A DNA stretch of 64,000 nucleotides from a virus (IMGVR_UViG_3300032241_002220:25376-89375), one strand, 5' to 3'; counted from the first letter of the stretch, positions 38,004-44,991 are shown. The notes: a model not told the origin generated them from the sequence alone. Program-made: numbers and translations.

Positions 38004-38804
38004 ATGTTAAACTTAAACAATTCAGAATTCTTAAATCAAGAACAAATCCGCAAAATCGCTCCAAGCGTATTTACAAAACAAGGTTCAGATACTACCTCAG
38101 AAAAGTATGCTCATATTCCCACTAATCGTATTATCGAAGATATGGAAACCTTGGGTTGGGGTGTTGTTGATGCTAAAGAGGTTAAAGCTCGTAGGCAAAT
38201 AGGATACCAAAAACATTTGGTTGTATTTCGCAATAACGATATTGTTATCGAAGGTTCAGATAATGATACTGTTTATCCTCAAATCTTGTTAACCAATAGC
38301 CATGATGGTAAAAATGCTTTTACTTTCACAGCTGGTTTGTTTCGTATGGTTTGTGAAAATGGTTTGGTTATATCCAGCCAAGAATTCAACGATATGAAGA
38401 TTCGTCACTATGGTTATGATTTTGAAACTCTTCAAAACACAATCAAAGAAATGGTTGAAAAATTGCCTTTGACAGTTGAATCGATGAACAAATTTAAGCA
38501 AACTGAGCTTGATCAAGAAGCTGCTTTGGATTTTGCTAAACGAGCTGTTGGATGTCGTTTTAGTGAAGAAGAAATTGAAAATGTTAAAATCAATTGGGAA
38601 GATTTGTTAACACCAACCCGCGTTGAAGATAAAGGAAACGATCTTTGGAGTGTGTTTAATGTAGTTCAAGAAAAATTAGTTCACGGTATGTTCAATTATA
38701 CCTACGGTAATAAACACCGTAAAGCTCGTAAAATCAAAAACTTCAAACAAGATATGGTTTTGAACGAGAAATTGTATGATTTGGCTTTAGAATACGCTAA
38801 CTAA
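38004..38804 (+). CDS. hypothetical protein, paralog B (DUF932-like?)
   Basis: 266 aa. LLTNSHDGKNAFTFTAGLFRMVCENGLV parallels paralog A. Promoter upstream, terminator downstream. Confidence 0.5.
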   Translation: MLNLNNSEFLNQEQIRKIAPSVFTKQGSDTTSEKYAHIPTNRIIEDMETLGWGVVDAKEVKARRQIGYQKHLVVFRNNDIVIEGSDNDTVYPQILLTNSHDGKNAFTFTAGLFRMVCENGLVISSQEFNDMKIRHYGYDFETLQNTIKEMVEKLPLTVESMNKFKQTELDQEAALDFAKRAVGCRFSEEEIENVKINWEDLLTPTRVEDKGNDLWSVFNVVQEKLVHGMFNYTYGNKHRKARKIKNFKQDMVLNEKLYDLALEYAN

Positions 38805-38812
38805 ACAAACAA

Positions 38813-38841
38813 GGGGCGGTTAACGCCGCCCCACAATTTTT
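38813..38841 (+). terminator. rho-independent terminator
   Basis: GGGGCGG-ttaacg-CCGCCCC + ACAATTTTT. Confidence 0.6.
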
Positions 38842-38846
38842 ATAAT

Positions 38847-39311
38847 ATGAACATTCAAAGAATTACACCCGAAGAAGCTCAACAATATATTAGTTGCAAA
38901 GACGATTTGTTAGGTTACCCTTCAGAATTTTATACTTTGACTCCTTCAATCGAACTGGGTTGGGAAGATGTTACATATTATACCGCTAGAAAGAAAAATA
39001 TGGTTAATCGTGAAGGAGAAGGTAAATATTGGATTTACGTTTTATCTAACGATTCCGTGCCTAATATGATTAAAATTGGATACACGAAGCAATCGCCCGA
39101 AGAACGCGCAAATCAATTATCTGCTGCCACAGGTGTTGCTACTCCATTTAAAGTTGAATATGTTTTTAAATGCCATGAAGGTGAATTTTTAGAATCTGAG
39201 GTGCATAAACATTTAGATGCGTATCGTGTTAGTAACAATAGGGAGTTTTTTACTATTAGTGTAAAAGAAGCACAAGAAATTATTGAAGAACTTGGAAAAA
39301 AATACATTTAA
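38847..39311 (+). CDS. GIY-YIG-like (T5orf172/MUG113-type) domain protein
   Basis: WIYVLSN...IKIGYT...ERANQL...PFKV pattern. Confidence 0.45.
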   Translation: MNIQRITPEEAQQYISCKDDLLGYPSEFYTLTPSIELGWEDVTYYTARKKNMVNREGEGKYWIYVLSNDSVPNMIKIGYTKQSPEERANQLSAATGVATPFKVEYVFKCHEGEFLESEVHKHLDAYRVSNNREFFTISVKEAQEIIEELGKKYI

Positions 39312-39363
39312 AATTTGGAAAATTAAAAAATCGTTCGTATATTTACGTAAATAAAATGATAAA
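39312..39363 (+). promoter_or_regulatory. Bacteroidetes-type promoter (TTTGGAAAATTAAAAAATCGTTCGTATATTTACGTAAATAAAATGATAAA)
   Basis: ATG 39364. Confidence 0.6.
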
Positions 39364-39564
39364 ATGAAAAATATAACATTAAAAATAATACTTCTTTTAC
39401 TAGACATATCATTAATATTGGTTGGTATCAATATTGGGTTTTGGATGATGAATCAAGCAAATACTATATTGTTTATTTTAGGTATAGCTGTAACAGTATT
39501 ATCTATATTAGGGCCTATTGAAATAGCTTATCGTCGTTGGATTTCTAAAAAAATAAAAAAATAA
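39364..39564 (+). CDS. small membrane protein
   Basis: 66 aa, two TM helices. Promoter upstream. Confidence 0.4.
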   Translation: MKNITLKIILLLLDISLILVGINIGFWMMNQANTILFILGIAVTVLSILGPIEIAYRRWISKKIKK

Positions 39565-39568
39565 AAAT

Positions 39569-39808
39569 ATGATTTACTTTTTAATCTTTTACGTTCTACC
39601 TGCTTTCCTTATGTGGAGGTACATTCACGTCAATTTCTCAAAAGGGGGAAGAGAGGAGGGTAAAGAAATACTACCTGTACTTTTGCTTTTTGTTTTCCTA
39701 CCTGTAATTAATTTTTTTGGTAGTGTCTTTTTTTGGTTAACAGAATATCCAAAAAAACGTGCAGGTAGAAACATTGGAGTAGATAAATTCTTTAGAATCA
39801 AAAAATAA
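39569..39808 (+). CDS. small membrane protein
   Basis: 79 aa hydrophobic. Confidence 0.4.
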   Translation: MIYFLIFYVLPAFLMWRYIHVNFSKGGREEGKEILPVLLLFVFLPVINFFGSVFFWLTEYPKKRAGRNIGVDKFFRIKK

Positions 39809-39814
39809 AATATT

Positions 39815-40042
39815 ATGTCTAATACAAAAATGAGATTACTTAGAGCATTATCTGTACCGGCTATTATATTCTTACCTTACTTTGCAGGACAGTTTGTATG
39901 CTCACCAGGTGTACCTAAAATCATAGTGTGGATTGGGGGAGTATTTGTAGTAAGTGTTTCTGCGGGAGTTTTAGCTCTTGTAGTTGCAGTTTTGCATGAT
40001 TTTTTTGAATGGATTTGGTATGGATCAAAAAAAAGATATTGA
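39815..40042 (+). CDS. small membrane protein
   Basis: 75 aa hydrophobic. Confidence 0.4.
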   Translation: MSNTKMRLLRALSVPAIIFLPYFAGQFVCSPGVPKIIVWIGGVFVVSVSAGVLALVVAVLHDFFEWIWYGSKKRY

Positions 40043-40075
40043 TTATTAAAATTAAAAAATAAATAAAAATCAAAA

Positions 40076-40945
40076 ATGAAAAGGTTTACGTATGTGCTAG
40101 CTCTCGCACTTTCTTTGAGCACTATTTTTTCAATGCAATCTTGTGAACGAATTAGTCCTACTGAGGCTGGTTTTAAGATTAGCAATTCAGGAAATTATCG
40201 CGGTATTGATAGTTTACCACTTTTAACAGGTTGGCAATTTTACACTCCCGGTTTTAATTACATTGTAACCATTCCTACAGTAATGCAACATGAAGTTTGG
40301 ACTGATTCCAAAGAGGGTCAAGAGGGTATGAATGCAATTACAATCGCTTGTATGGGTGGTGCCGGTTTTAGGGTTGATGTTGGTCTAAACTACCACGTTG
40401 ATGCAAATAAAGCTTCCCATATTTACCTTAAATGGAGGAATGATGATCTAAACCAGATTACAAACCAGTATATTAAGAATATTGTTCGTGGTTGTATGCA
40501 AGATGTTTCCGGTCATATTACAGTTGATAGTATTCTAACAAATCTACCGGCTTATGAACATGAAGTTGCATCTAATATAACTAAGAAACTAGGTGCTGAT
40601 GGGTTTATTGTAGACGGTTTTAACATTACATCTCAACCACGTCCTACAGATGCTAACTTGGCTGCTTCAATCAACGCTAAGGTAAAAGCAAAACAGGATG
40701 CCGAAACCTCGGTTATGGAACTACAAAAATCAATTGCTGAAGCAAACAAGAAAATTGCTGATGCTCGTGGTGATAGCGCCTCTAAGGTAATCGAATCAGC
40801 TGGTGAAGCCGCAGCTATACGTTTGAAACAACAAGTGGTTACACCAACATATGTTGAGTATATCAAAGCTAGTTCTTGGGACGGTAAATTACCAAGTGTT
40901 ATGACTGGTTCTGGTGGTACAATGTTGAATATAAGTACAAAATAA
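40076..40945 (+). CDS. lipoprotein with SPFH/band-7-like domain
   Basis: 289 aa. Lipobox FSMQSC. Central region resembles prohibitin/stomatin. Ala/Lys-rich coiled-coil C-terminus. Confidence 0.4.
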   Translation: MKRFTYVLALALSLSTIFSMQSCERISPTEAGFKISNSGNYRGIDSLPLLTGWQFYTPGFNYIVTIPTVMQHEVWTDSKEGQEGMNAITIACMGGAGFRVDVGLNYHVDANKASHIYLKWRNDDLNQITNQYIKNIVRGCMQDVSGHITVDSILTNLPAYEHEVASNITKKLGADGFIVDGFNITSQPRPTDANLAASINAKVKAKQDAETSVMELQKSIAEANKKIADARGDSASKVIESAGEAAAIRLKQQVVTPTYVEYIKASSWDGKLPSVMTGSGGTMLNISTK

Positions 40946-40947
40946 TT

Positions 40948-40993
40948 GAATCGACTGGGTTAAAGGGCGGGTTCGACTCCCGCCCCGATTCCA
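40948..40993 (+). ncRNA. tRNA-like minihelix (acceptor + T-arm only) resembling the tmRNA 3' domain
   Basis: GAATCG-ACTGGGTTAAAG-GGGCGGG TTCGACT CCCGCCC-CGATTC-CA. Same T-loop TTCGACT as the tmRNA at 48426. 13 bp coaxial stem. Sits between two genes. Confidence 0.4.
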
Positions 40994-41006
40994 AAAAACA
41001 AATATT

Positions 41007-41327
41007 ATGAAAAAAATATATCATTTAGTAGACTCAAAACTCAAAATTAACGAATATGATTTTGAAGTAGAATCAATAAATTCAGATAGAACAATCTATA
41101 GGTTAAAAAGATCTGAAGTAAAAGAACAATGGACATTACCTGGAGAATTGTTATTAGAGATTGAAGATAATGGAAATGGTTTTGAACTTATAGTTTTTCA
41201 ATTCCCTAATCAATACGATACATTTGCCGAATTATCAGTGTTAATGAATTGTATTAGAGCATTAGATACAGGTATTACTAATACTTTTGAACTTATTGAA
41301 TCAAATCCAATAGCAACAAATTTATAA
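41007..41327 (+). CDS. hypothetical protein
   Basis: 106 aa ORF. Confidence 0.45.
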   Translation: MKKIYHLVDSKLKINEYDFEVESINSDRTIYRLKRSEVKEQWTLPGELLLEIEDNGNGFELIVFQFPNQYDTFAELSVLMNCIRALDTGITNTFELIESNPIATNL

Positions 41328-41348
41328 ACTTTAAAAAATACAAATACA

Positions 41349-41573
41349 ATGGGATTCTTATTATTTTTATTATTTTGGATTAGCGGAATGTGCGTTCAAT
41401 ATGTTAGGGTACACACTACCCATAAAGATTGGTTAGAACAAAGAAAAGAGATAGCTGATGATATAGAGCAACCTTTATTCCTGCCTTATATGGCTATTGC
41501 CCTTTCTTGGTTTGCTTTTCTAGCAATGACAATCAAACGCTTTTTAGACAAAACATTTATAAACAAAAAATAA
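41349..41573 (+). CDS. small membrane protein
   Basis: 74 aa. Confidence 0.4.
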   Translation: MGFLLFLLFWISGMCVQYVRVHTTHKDWLEQRKEIADDIEQPLFLPYMAIALSWFAFLAMTIKRFLDKTFINKK

Positions 41574-41582
41574 ACACATATT

Positions 41583-41771
41583 ATGGCCGACACAATCAAT
41601 GTTCAGAAATCAGATTTGATAAATCAACTTTTCTTTTTAAACGAAATAAAACAAGATCTTTGGGTATTTCATCCAAACAATCCCGAACAAATTAATGTTG
41701 TTCAAGAATATGAAGCTATAGTGGAAGAAATGAAATCTATAGAAGAAAAAATAGAAAGTTTGGAAAATTAA
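41583..41771 (+). CDS. hypothetical protein
   Basis: 62 aa. Confidence 0.35.
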   Translation: MADTINVQKSDLINQLFFLNEIKQDLWVFHPNNPEQINVVQEYEAIVEEMKSIEEKIESLEN

Positions 41772-41990
41772 AAAAACATTTGTATATTTATCGCGGAAAC
41801 AAGAAATTATATATATTTATATTAAACAATTAAAAATGCAATTAATATCATTACATACAAGCTGGCCTATAGAACGTAGAGATACGTTATCGCTAGGGTA
41901 TTGCTTTAGTGCGAATATTAATGTGCAAGGCAAACCAATACCAAACCAGGATACAATGGAAAAAGGGTAAGATATAAATACCAAAACATT

Positions 41991-42022
41991 AGCTCCTGGT
42001 TCAAAAGATCAGGAGCTTTTTT
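41991..42022 (+). terminator. rho-independent terminator
   Basis: AGCTCCTG-gttcaaaagat-CAGGAGCT + TTTTT, just upstream of the tRNA array. Confidence 0.65.
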
Positions 42023-42029
42023 AATTTAC

Positions 42030-42102
42030 GGTGCCTAAGCTAATCTGGTGAAAGCGCTAGACTGAAAATCTAGAGAGATAGGGTCGAAACCTATAGGTAC
42101 CA
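42030..42102 (+). tRNA. tRNA-Phe (GAA)
   Basis: Acceptor GGTGCCT/AGGTACC. Anticodon stem CTAGA/TCTAG with loop CTGAAAA. Confidence 0.75.
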
Positions 42103-42172
42103 CAAAAACATAAAAATGAAACGAAAACAGTAACGCCGCTCTGAAATACGAGTGGCATAATAGAAATAAAAT

Positions 42173-42245
42173 GCGCTCGTAGCTCAATTGGTAGAGTAGC
42201 TGGCTTTTAACCAGCGGGTTGTAGGTTCGAACCCTACCGGGCGCA
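42173..42245 (+). tRNA. tRNA-Lys (TTT)
   Basis: GCGCTCG...TAGCTCAATTGGTAGAG. Anticodon stem GCTGG/CCAGC, loop CTTTTAA. T-arm GTAGGTTCGAACCCTAC. Confidence 0.85.
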
Positions 42246-42263
42246 CTTAAAAATATAACACAG

Positions 42264-42338
42264 ACGCGTGTGTAGCTCAATTTGGTAGAGTGTCGGTCTC
42301 CAAAACCGAAGATGAGGGTTCGAGTCCCTACATGCGTG
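42264..42338 (+). tRNA. tRNA-Trp (CCA)
   Basis: Anticodon stem TCGGT/ACCGA, loop CTCCAAA. T-loop TTCGAGT. Confidence 0.8.
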
Positions 42339-42345
42339 CAAGATT

Positions 42346-42418
42346 GCCTTCATAGTTCAATGGATTAGAACACTTGGCTACGGACCAAGAAATAGGAGTT
42401 CGAATCTCTTTGAAGGTA
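42346..42418 (+). tRNA. tRNA-Arg (ACG)
   Basis: Acceptor GCCTTCA/TGAAGGT. Anticodon stem CTTGG/CCAAG, loop CTACGGA. Confidence 0.8.
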
Positions 42419-42423
42419 CAAAA

Positions 42424-42496
42424 GGTCAAATGGCCGAGATGGCGTAGGCGTATGTCTGCAAAACATACCACAACAGTTCGAATCTGTTTTTGACCT
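42424..42496 (+). tRNA. tRNA-Cys (GCA)
   Basis: Acceptor GGTCAAA/TTTGACC. Anticodon stem TATGT/ACATA, loop CTGCAAA. T-arm AACAGTTCGAATCTGTT. Confidence 0.8.
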
Positions 42497-42506
42497 CTTA
42501 AAAAAA

Positions 42507-42560
42507 ATGTTTGGCTACCTAAAAAAACAGTCGTACATTTAAGTATAAGAAGATCTTTGA
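42507..42560 (+). promoter_or_regulatory. tRNA-array internal promoter (TTTGGCTACCTAAAAAAACAGTCGTACATTTAAGTATAAGAAG)
   Basis: Same -33/-7 architecture, 20 nt 5' of tRNA-Pro. Confidence 0.55.
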
Positions 42561-42579
42561 CATATTGGGATTAATTCAA

Positions 42580-42656
42580 TCGAGAGGTCGGGCAGATGGT
42601 TATACCCGCGTGCTTTGGGAGCACGATATCGCTGGTTCGAATCCAGTTCTCTCGAC
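42580..42656 (+). tRNA. tRNA-Pro (TGG)
   Basis: Acceptor TCGAGAG/CTCTCGA. Anticodon stem CGTGC/GCACG, loop TTTGGGA. T-loop TTCGAAT. Has its own promoter-like motif upstream. Confidence 0.75.
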
Positions 42657-42663
42657 ATAAAAT

Positions 42664-42738
42664 GGGCTGGCATGTTCCAAGGCTTGGCGATTCTCCTTTG
42701 CACGGAGAGTGTGAAGAGTTCGATTCTCTTCTGGTCCA
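42664..42738 (+). tRNA. tRNA-Ala (TGC), atypical D region
   Basis: Anticodon stem TCTCC/GGAGA, loop TTTGCAC. T-arm AAGAGTTCGATTCTCTT. The acceptor needs 3 G-U pairs. Confidence 0.5.
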
Positions 42739-42743
42739 CATTC

Positions 42744-42814
42744 AGTCCCTTAGCTCAACGGAAGAGCGCTTGTTTTACATGCAAGAGGCTGTGATATCGT
42801 AATTCACAGGGACT
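42744..42814 (+). tRNA. tRNA-Val (TAC)
   Basis: Acceptor AGTCCCT/AGGGACT. D-arm GCTC..GAGC. Anticodon loop TTTACAT. T-loop ATCGTAA. Confidence 0.7.
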
Positions 42815-42891
42815 ACTCATGGTTTATTAGTATACAATGTCAATCATAGGAACTAATATTGGAGTTATACCAATTAAAAAATATAACAAAC

Positions 42892-42963
42892 GCAGATATC
42901 GTATAGCGGTTATTACTCTGGTCTTCCAAACCGGAGACGTCGGTTCGATTCCGACTATCTGCT
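42892..42963 (+). tRNA. tRNA-Gly (TCC)
   Basis: Acceptor GCAGATA/TATCTGC. Anticodon loop CTTCCAA. T-arm GTCGGTTCGATTCCGAC. Confidence 0.85.
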
Positions 42964-42968
42964 CTTAT

Positions 42969-43041
42969 AGTCCAATGATGTAACTGGCAACATGGCGTGT
43001 TTTGAGCTCGCTCTTCTAGGTTCGAATCCTGGTTGGACTAC
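42969..43041 (+). tRNA. tRNA-Gln (TTG)
   Basis: Acceptor AGTCCAA/TTGGACT. D-stem ATGT/ACAT. Anticodon loop TTTTGAG. T-arm CTAGGTTCGAATCCTGG. Confidence 0.75.
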
Positions 43042-43045
43042 ATTT

Positions 43046-43135
43046 GGAAGCATAGCCTAATTGGTAAGACAGCAGTCTTGAAAACTGCCGTGTCGGTGAT
43101 GAATCGGCTTATAGGTTCGAGTCCTATTGCTTCCG
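43046..43135 (+). tRNA. tRNA-Ser (TGA), class II
   Basis: Acceptor GGAAGCA/TGCTTCC. Anticodon stem GCAGT/ACTGC, loop CTTGAAA. About 22-nt variable arm. T-arm ATAGGTTCGAGTCCTAT. Confidence 0.85.
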
Positions 43136-43488
43136 CTAAAATAAACTAGACACTGTAAAAACCAGTGGTTGACTTAATAACTATAGGAGTAATTACCTAT
43201 GTATGCGAACAGCAATTAATCCTGACAGCAATGTTTATTTTAATATGGGTCTTTAAGCTTTAAGGTGAAGCGCATGTTTGTGGAGCATGAGAACTCGGTT
43301 CAATACCGTGATGGACCCCAACAAGGAAAGTAAAGCAACGAGGTTGTTGCCACCACCTGCTAAGTGAGTGGATCATTAAATTGATTGTGTTTCGACTACA
43401 CTGCTTTCCGCGAAATCCAATGTGTGCTGCTGCTAGCCGGAGACACAAAACAGAAGTGAAGGAACTGTTCCACATTTGGATTTTTATT

Positions 43489-43561
43489 GGAGATATAGTA
43501 GAATGGTTCAGCACACCTGTCTGATACGCAGGTAATCCAAGTTCGAGTCTTGGTATCTCCA
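43489..43561 (+). tRNA. tRNA-Ile (GAT)
   Basis: Acceptor GGAGATA/TATCTCC. Anticodon loop CTGATAC. T-arm CCAAGTTCGAGTCTTGG. Confidence 0.8.
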
Positions 43562-43571
43562 CTTATAAATT

Positions 43572-43644
43572 GGACTTGTAGCTCAGAGGCAGAGCAGGCG
43601 GCTGTTAACCGTCAGGTCGGTGATTTCGAAATTCCCCAAGTCCG
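43572..43644 (+). tRNA. tRNA-Asn (GTT), degenerate T-arm
   Basis: Acceptor GGACTTG/CAAGTCC is perfect. D-arm GCTC..GAGC. Anticodon loop CTGTTAA. T-stem pairs poorly (GGTGA TTTCGAA ATTCC). Confidence 0.55.
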
Positions 43645-43651
43645 CAAAATT

Positions 43652-43740
43652 GAGAGTAAGGTAACTATTGGTTGGTTATCAACGGCTGTAACCCGTCAGG
43701 CCCAGAAAGGGGGTAGGTTCGATTCCTACTACTCTCACCA
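43652..43740 (+). tRNA. tRNA-Tyr (GTA), class II, CCA encoded
   Basis: Acceptor GAGAGTA/TACTCTC followed by A-CCA. Anticodon loop CTGTAAC. Variable arm CCCAGAAAGGG. T-arm GTAGGTTCGATTCCTAC. Confidence 0.75.
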
Positions 43741-43761
43741 AAATAAAAAAACTTCTTAAAA

Positions 43762-43820
43762 AGAGGTTGGCTTATAGAAATCTTGTTCGTATATTTAGGT
43801 ATAAGAAAAAAGATAAGAAG
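43762..43820 (+). promoter_or_regulatory. tRNA-array internal promoter (TTGGCTTATAGAAATCTTGTTCGTATATTTAGGTATAAGAAAAAAGATAAGAAG)
   Basis: After tRNA-Tyr, before the second tRNA sub-cluster. Confidence 0.5.
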
Positions 43821-43835
43821 CTCTTTGAAAATATT

Positions 43836-43910
43836 GAAACTGTGGTAATAAGTTGAGTTACTTCGTATGGCTTATATAAAATGAACTCACTTAAGCATTC
43901 CCGGTTAAAA
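43836..43910 (+). repeat. conserved hairpin element copy 1 (GTAATAAGTTGAGTTACTTCGT ... AACTCACTTAAGC)
   Basis: A near-identical 22-nt arm recurs at 44622. Stem AAGTTGAGTT/AACTCACTT. Confidence 0.5.
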
Positions 43911-43941
43911 TCATTTAGGTGGTTAATTAGAAAGTTACTTC

Positions 43942-44015
43942 GCACGAATAGTTCAATGGTTGAACATTTTCATATCCAGAAAAAGTAACGGGTTCAATTC
44001 CCGTTTCATGCCCCA
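43942..44015 (+). tRNA. tRNA-like gene with non-standard anticodon loop ATATCCA (anticodon ATC?), CCA encoded
   Basis: Acceptor GCACGAA/TTCATGC (one C-A mismatch) + C-CCA. Canonical D-arm TAGTTCAATGGTTGAAC. Anticodon stem TTTTC/GAAAA. T-arm ACGGGTTCAATTCCCGT. Confidence 0.45.
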
Positions 44016-44067
44016 AAAAAACTTTCTTAAACATTCCCCTAAACTTATTTGATGAATAGTAAGGACC

Positions 44068-44145
44068 AGCGTTACTTCGCGTGCAAGGTGCACATTTAAA
44101 TTTGGCTTTTAAAAATCGCGGTTCAATTCCGCCTGAAACGCTACC
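44068..44145 (+). ncRNA. degenerate tRNA-like element ending in ACCA
   Basis: T-arm GCGGTTCAATTCCGC and a terminal ...GAAACGCTACCA. 5' AGCGTTA pairs with AAACGCT, but the D/anticodon region (GTGCAAGGTGCAC hairpin) does not fold as a tRNA. Confidence 0.3.
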
Positions 44146-44168
44146 AATGTTCTTTCATCATTTTTTAT

Positions 44169-44241
44169 GTTCCTGAGGACAAAATGGTTGAGTCGTCACC
44201 CTTTCAAGGTGAAGGAGCGGGATCGTTACCCGTCAGGAATA
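44169..44241 (+). tRNA. tRNA-Glu (TTC)
   Basis: Acceptor GTTCCTG/CAGGAAT (one G-U). Anticodon stem TCACC/GGTGA, loop CTTTCAA. T-arm GCGGGATCGTTACCCGT. Confidence 0.7.
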
Positions 44242-44247
44242 CAACAA

Positions 44248-44318
44248 GGTCTATTAGTGAATTGGTATCATATCTCACTGTCTATGAGAAGTGCTCGGAT
44301 CGTAACCGTGATAGACCG
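44248..44318 (+). tRNA. tRNA-Asp (GTC)
   Basis: Acceptor GGTCTAT/ATAGACC. Anticodon stem TCTCA/TGAGA, loop CTGTCTA. T-loop ATCGTAA. Confidence 0.7.
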
Positions 44319-44327
44319 CCAACAAAT

Positions 44328-44400
44328 GCTTCTATAGCTCAATGGTCAGAGCAGGACGCTTATATCGTCAAGGCTACAGGTTCGAGTCCTGTTAGAAGTA
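44328..44400 (+). tRNA. tRNA-Ile (TAT) (AUA-reading, UAU anticodon)
   Basis: Acceptor GCTTCTA/TAGAAGT. D-arm GCTC AATGGTCA GAGC. Anticodon loop CTTATAT with U33 and A37. T-arm ACAGGTTCGAGTCCTGT. Confidence 0.65.
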
Positions 44401-44417
44401 CTAAAAACAAAAATAAA

Positions 44418-44609
44418 ATGAAAAAAATAGTAATCTACAAAGATGTAGAAAATGTAAACGGTAAAAAAGAACGTCATATTCTTCGTTCAATCCAGCCTAG
44501 TTATGATTGGCAAGGATATGCGAAAAATAAAAACAGTATGATAGATTCTGAAGTTAGGAATTTAGCACGTGCTTTAGAACCTAGTTTTACAGGATTCTAT
44601 GTAGCATAA
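44418..44609 (+). CDS. hypothetical small protein
   Basis: MKKIVIYKDVENVNGKK... The track ORF 44184..44609 starts inside tRNA genes, so it is trimmed to the first ATG after tRNA-Ile(TAT). Confidence 0.4.
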   Translation: MKKIVIYKDVENVNGKKERHILRSIQPSYDWQGYAKNKNSMIDSEVRNLARALEPSFTGFYVA

Positions 44610-44621
44610 AGATATTTGCTG

Positions 44622-44690
44622 TAGTAATAAGTTGAGTTACTTCGTCTGACTTTTTAATTCATAAATGAAAAAACAACTCACTTAAACTTT
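44622..44690 (+). repeat. conserved hairpin element copy 2 (GTAATAAGTTGAGTTACTTCGT ... AACTCACTTAAAC)
   Basis: Second copy, upstream of the tRNA-Met/Thr/Arg/Leu sub-cluster. Confidence 0.5.
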
Positions 44691-44712
44691 CTCAGTAAAC
44701 TTATTTTAAAAT

Positions 44713-44787
44713 TGTGGGATGCGTAGAAAATGGTTATCTCGTCAGTCTCATAAGCTGAAGTTCCCGGTTCAAGTCCGGGTCCCGCAA
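44713..44787 (+). tRNA. tRNA-Met (CAT)
   Basis: Acceptor TGTGGGA/TCCCGCA (one G-U). Anticodon stem TCAGT/GCTGA, loop CTCATAA. T-arm CCCGGTTCAAGTCCGGG. Confidence 0.7.
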
Positions 44788-44911
44788 CATAAGTCCTTGA
44801 TCAGGAACCGAAGATATGGTCGGCCTCTTGTGTAAACAATGCACACTGCTACCATCTAAACCGTAGGTTAGCACAGTTCACAACTCTGGGGATATTTTAA
44901 AAGTTGTATTT

Positions 44912-44986
44912 GGACGCATAGTTTAGTTGGAAAAACACTTGCCTTGTAAGCATGAGTTCTCGGGTCGGTTCCGGGTGTGTCCTCCA
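44912..44986 (+). tRNA. tRNA-Thr (TGT), CCA encoded, unusual T-loop
   Basis: Acceptor GGACGCA/TGTGTCC + T-CCA. Anticodon loop CTTGTAA (stem has one U-U). T-arm CTCGG GTCGGTT CCGGG. Confidence 0.6.
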
Positions 44987-44991
44987 CGCAT

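Noticed and set aside
42035-42280. Minus-strand 81-aa ORF
   Set aside because: Lies across tRNA-Phe, tRNA-Lys and tRNA-Trp on the opposite strand. No start context. An artefact of GC-richer tRNA DNA.
42539-42802. ORFs 42596..42802 (+) and 42539..42739 (-)
   Set aside because: Both are embedded in the tRNA-Pro/Ala/Val genes. Spurious.
43260-43562. 100-aa minus-strand ORF in the ORF-free segment of the tRNA array
   Set aside because: It is the only minus-strand candidate in the window, with no promoter or RBS context and Cys/Arg-rich low-complexity translation. The locus is treated as a candidate ncRNA instead.
44184-44417. 5' two-thirds of the 141-aa + strand ORF 44184..44609
   Set aside because: The region folds into three good tRNAs (Glu, Asp, Ile-TAT). 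Only the distal part from ATG 44418 is kept as a small CDS.
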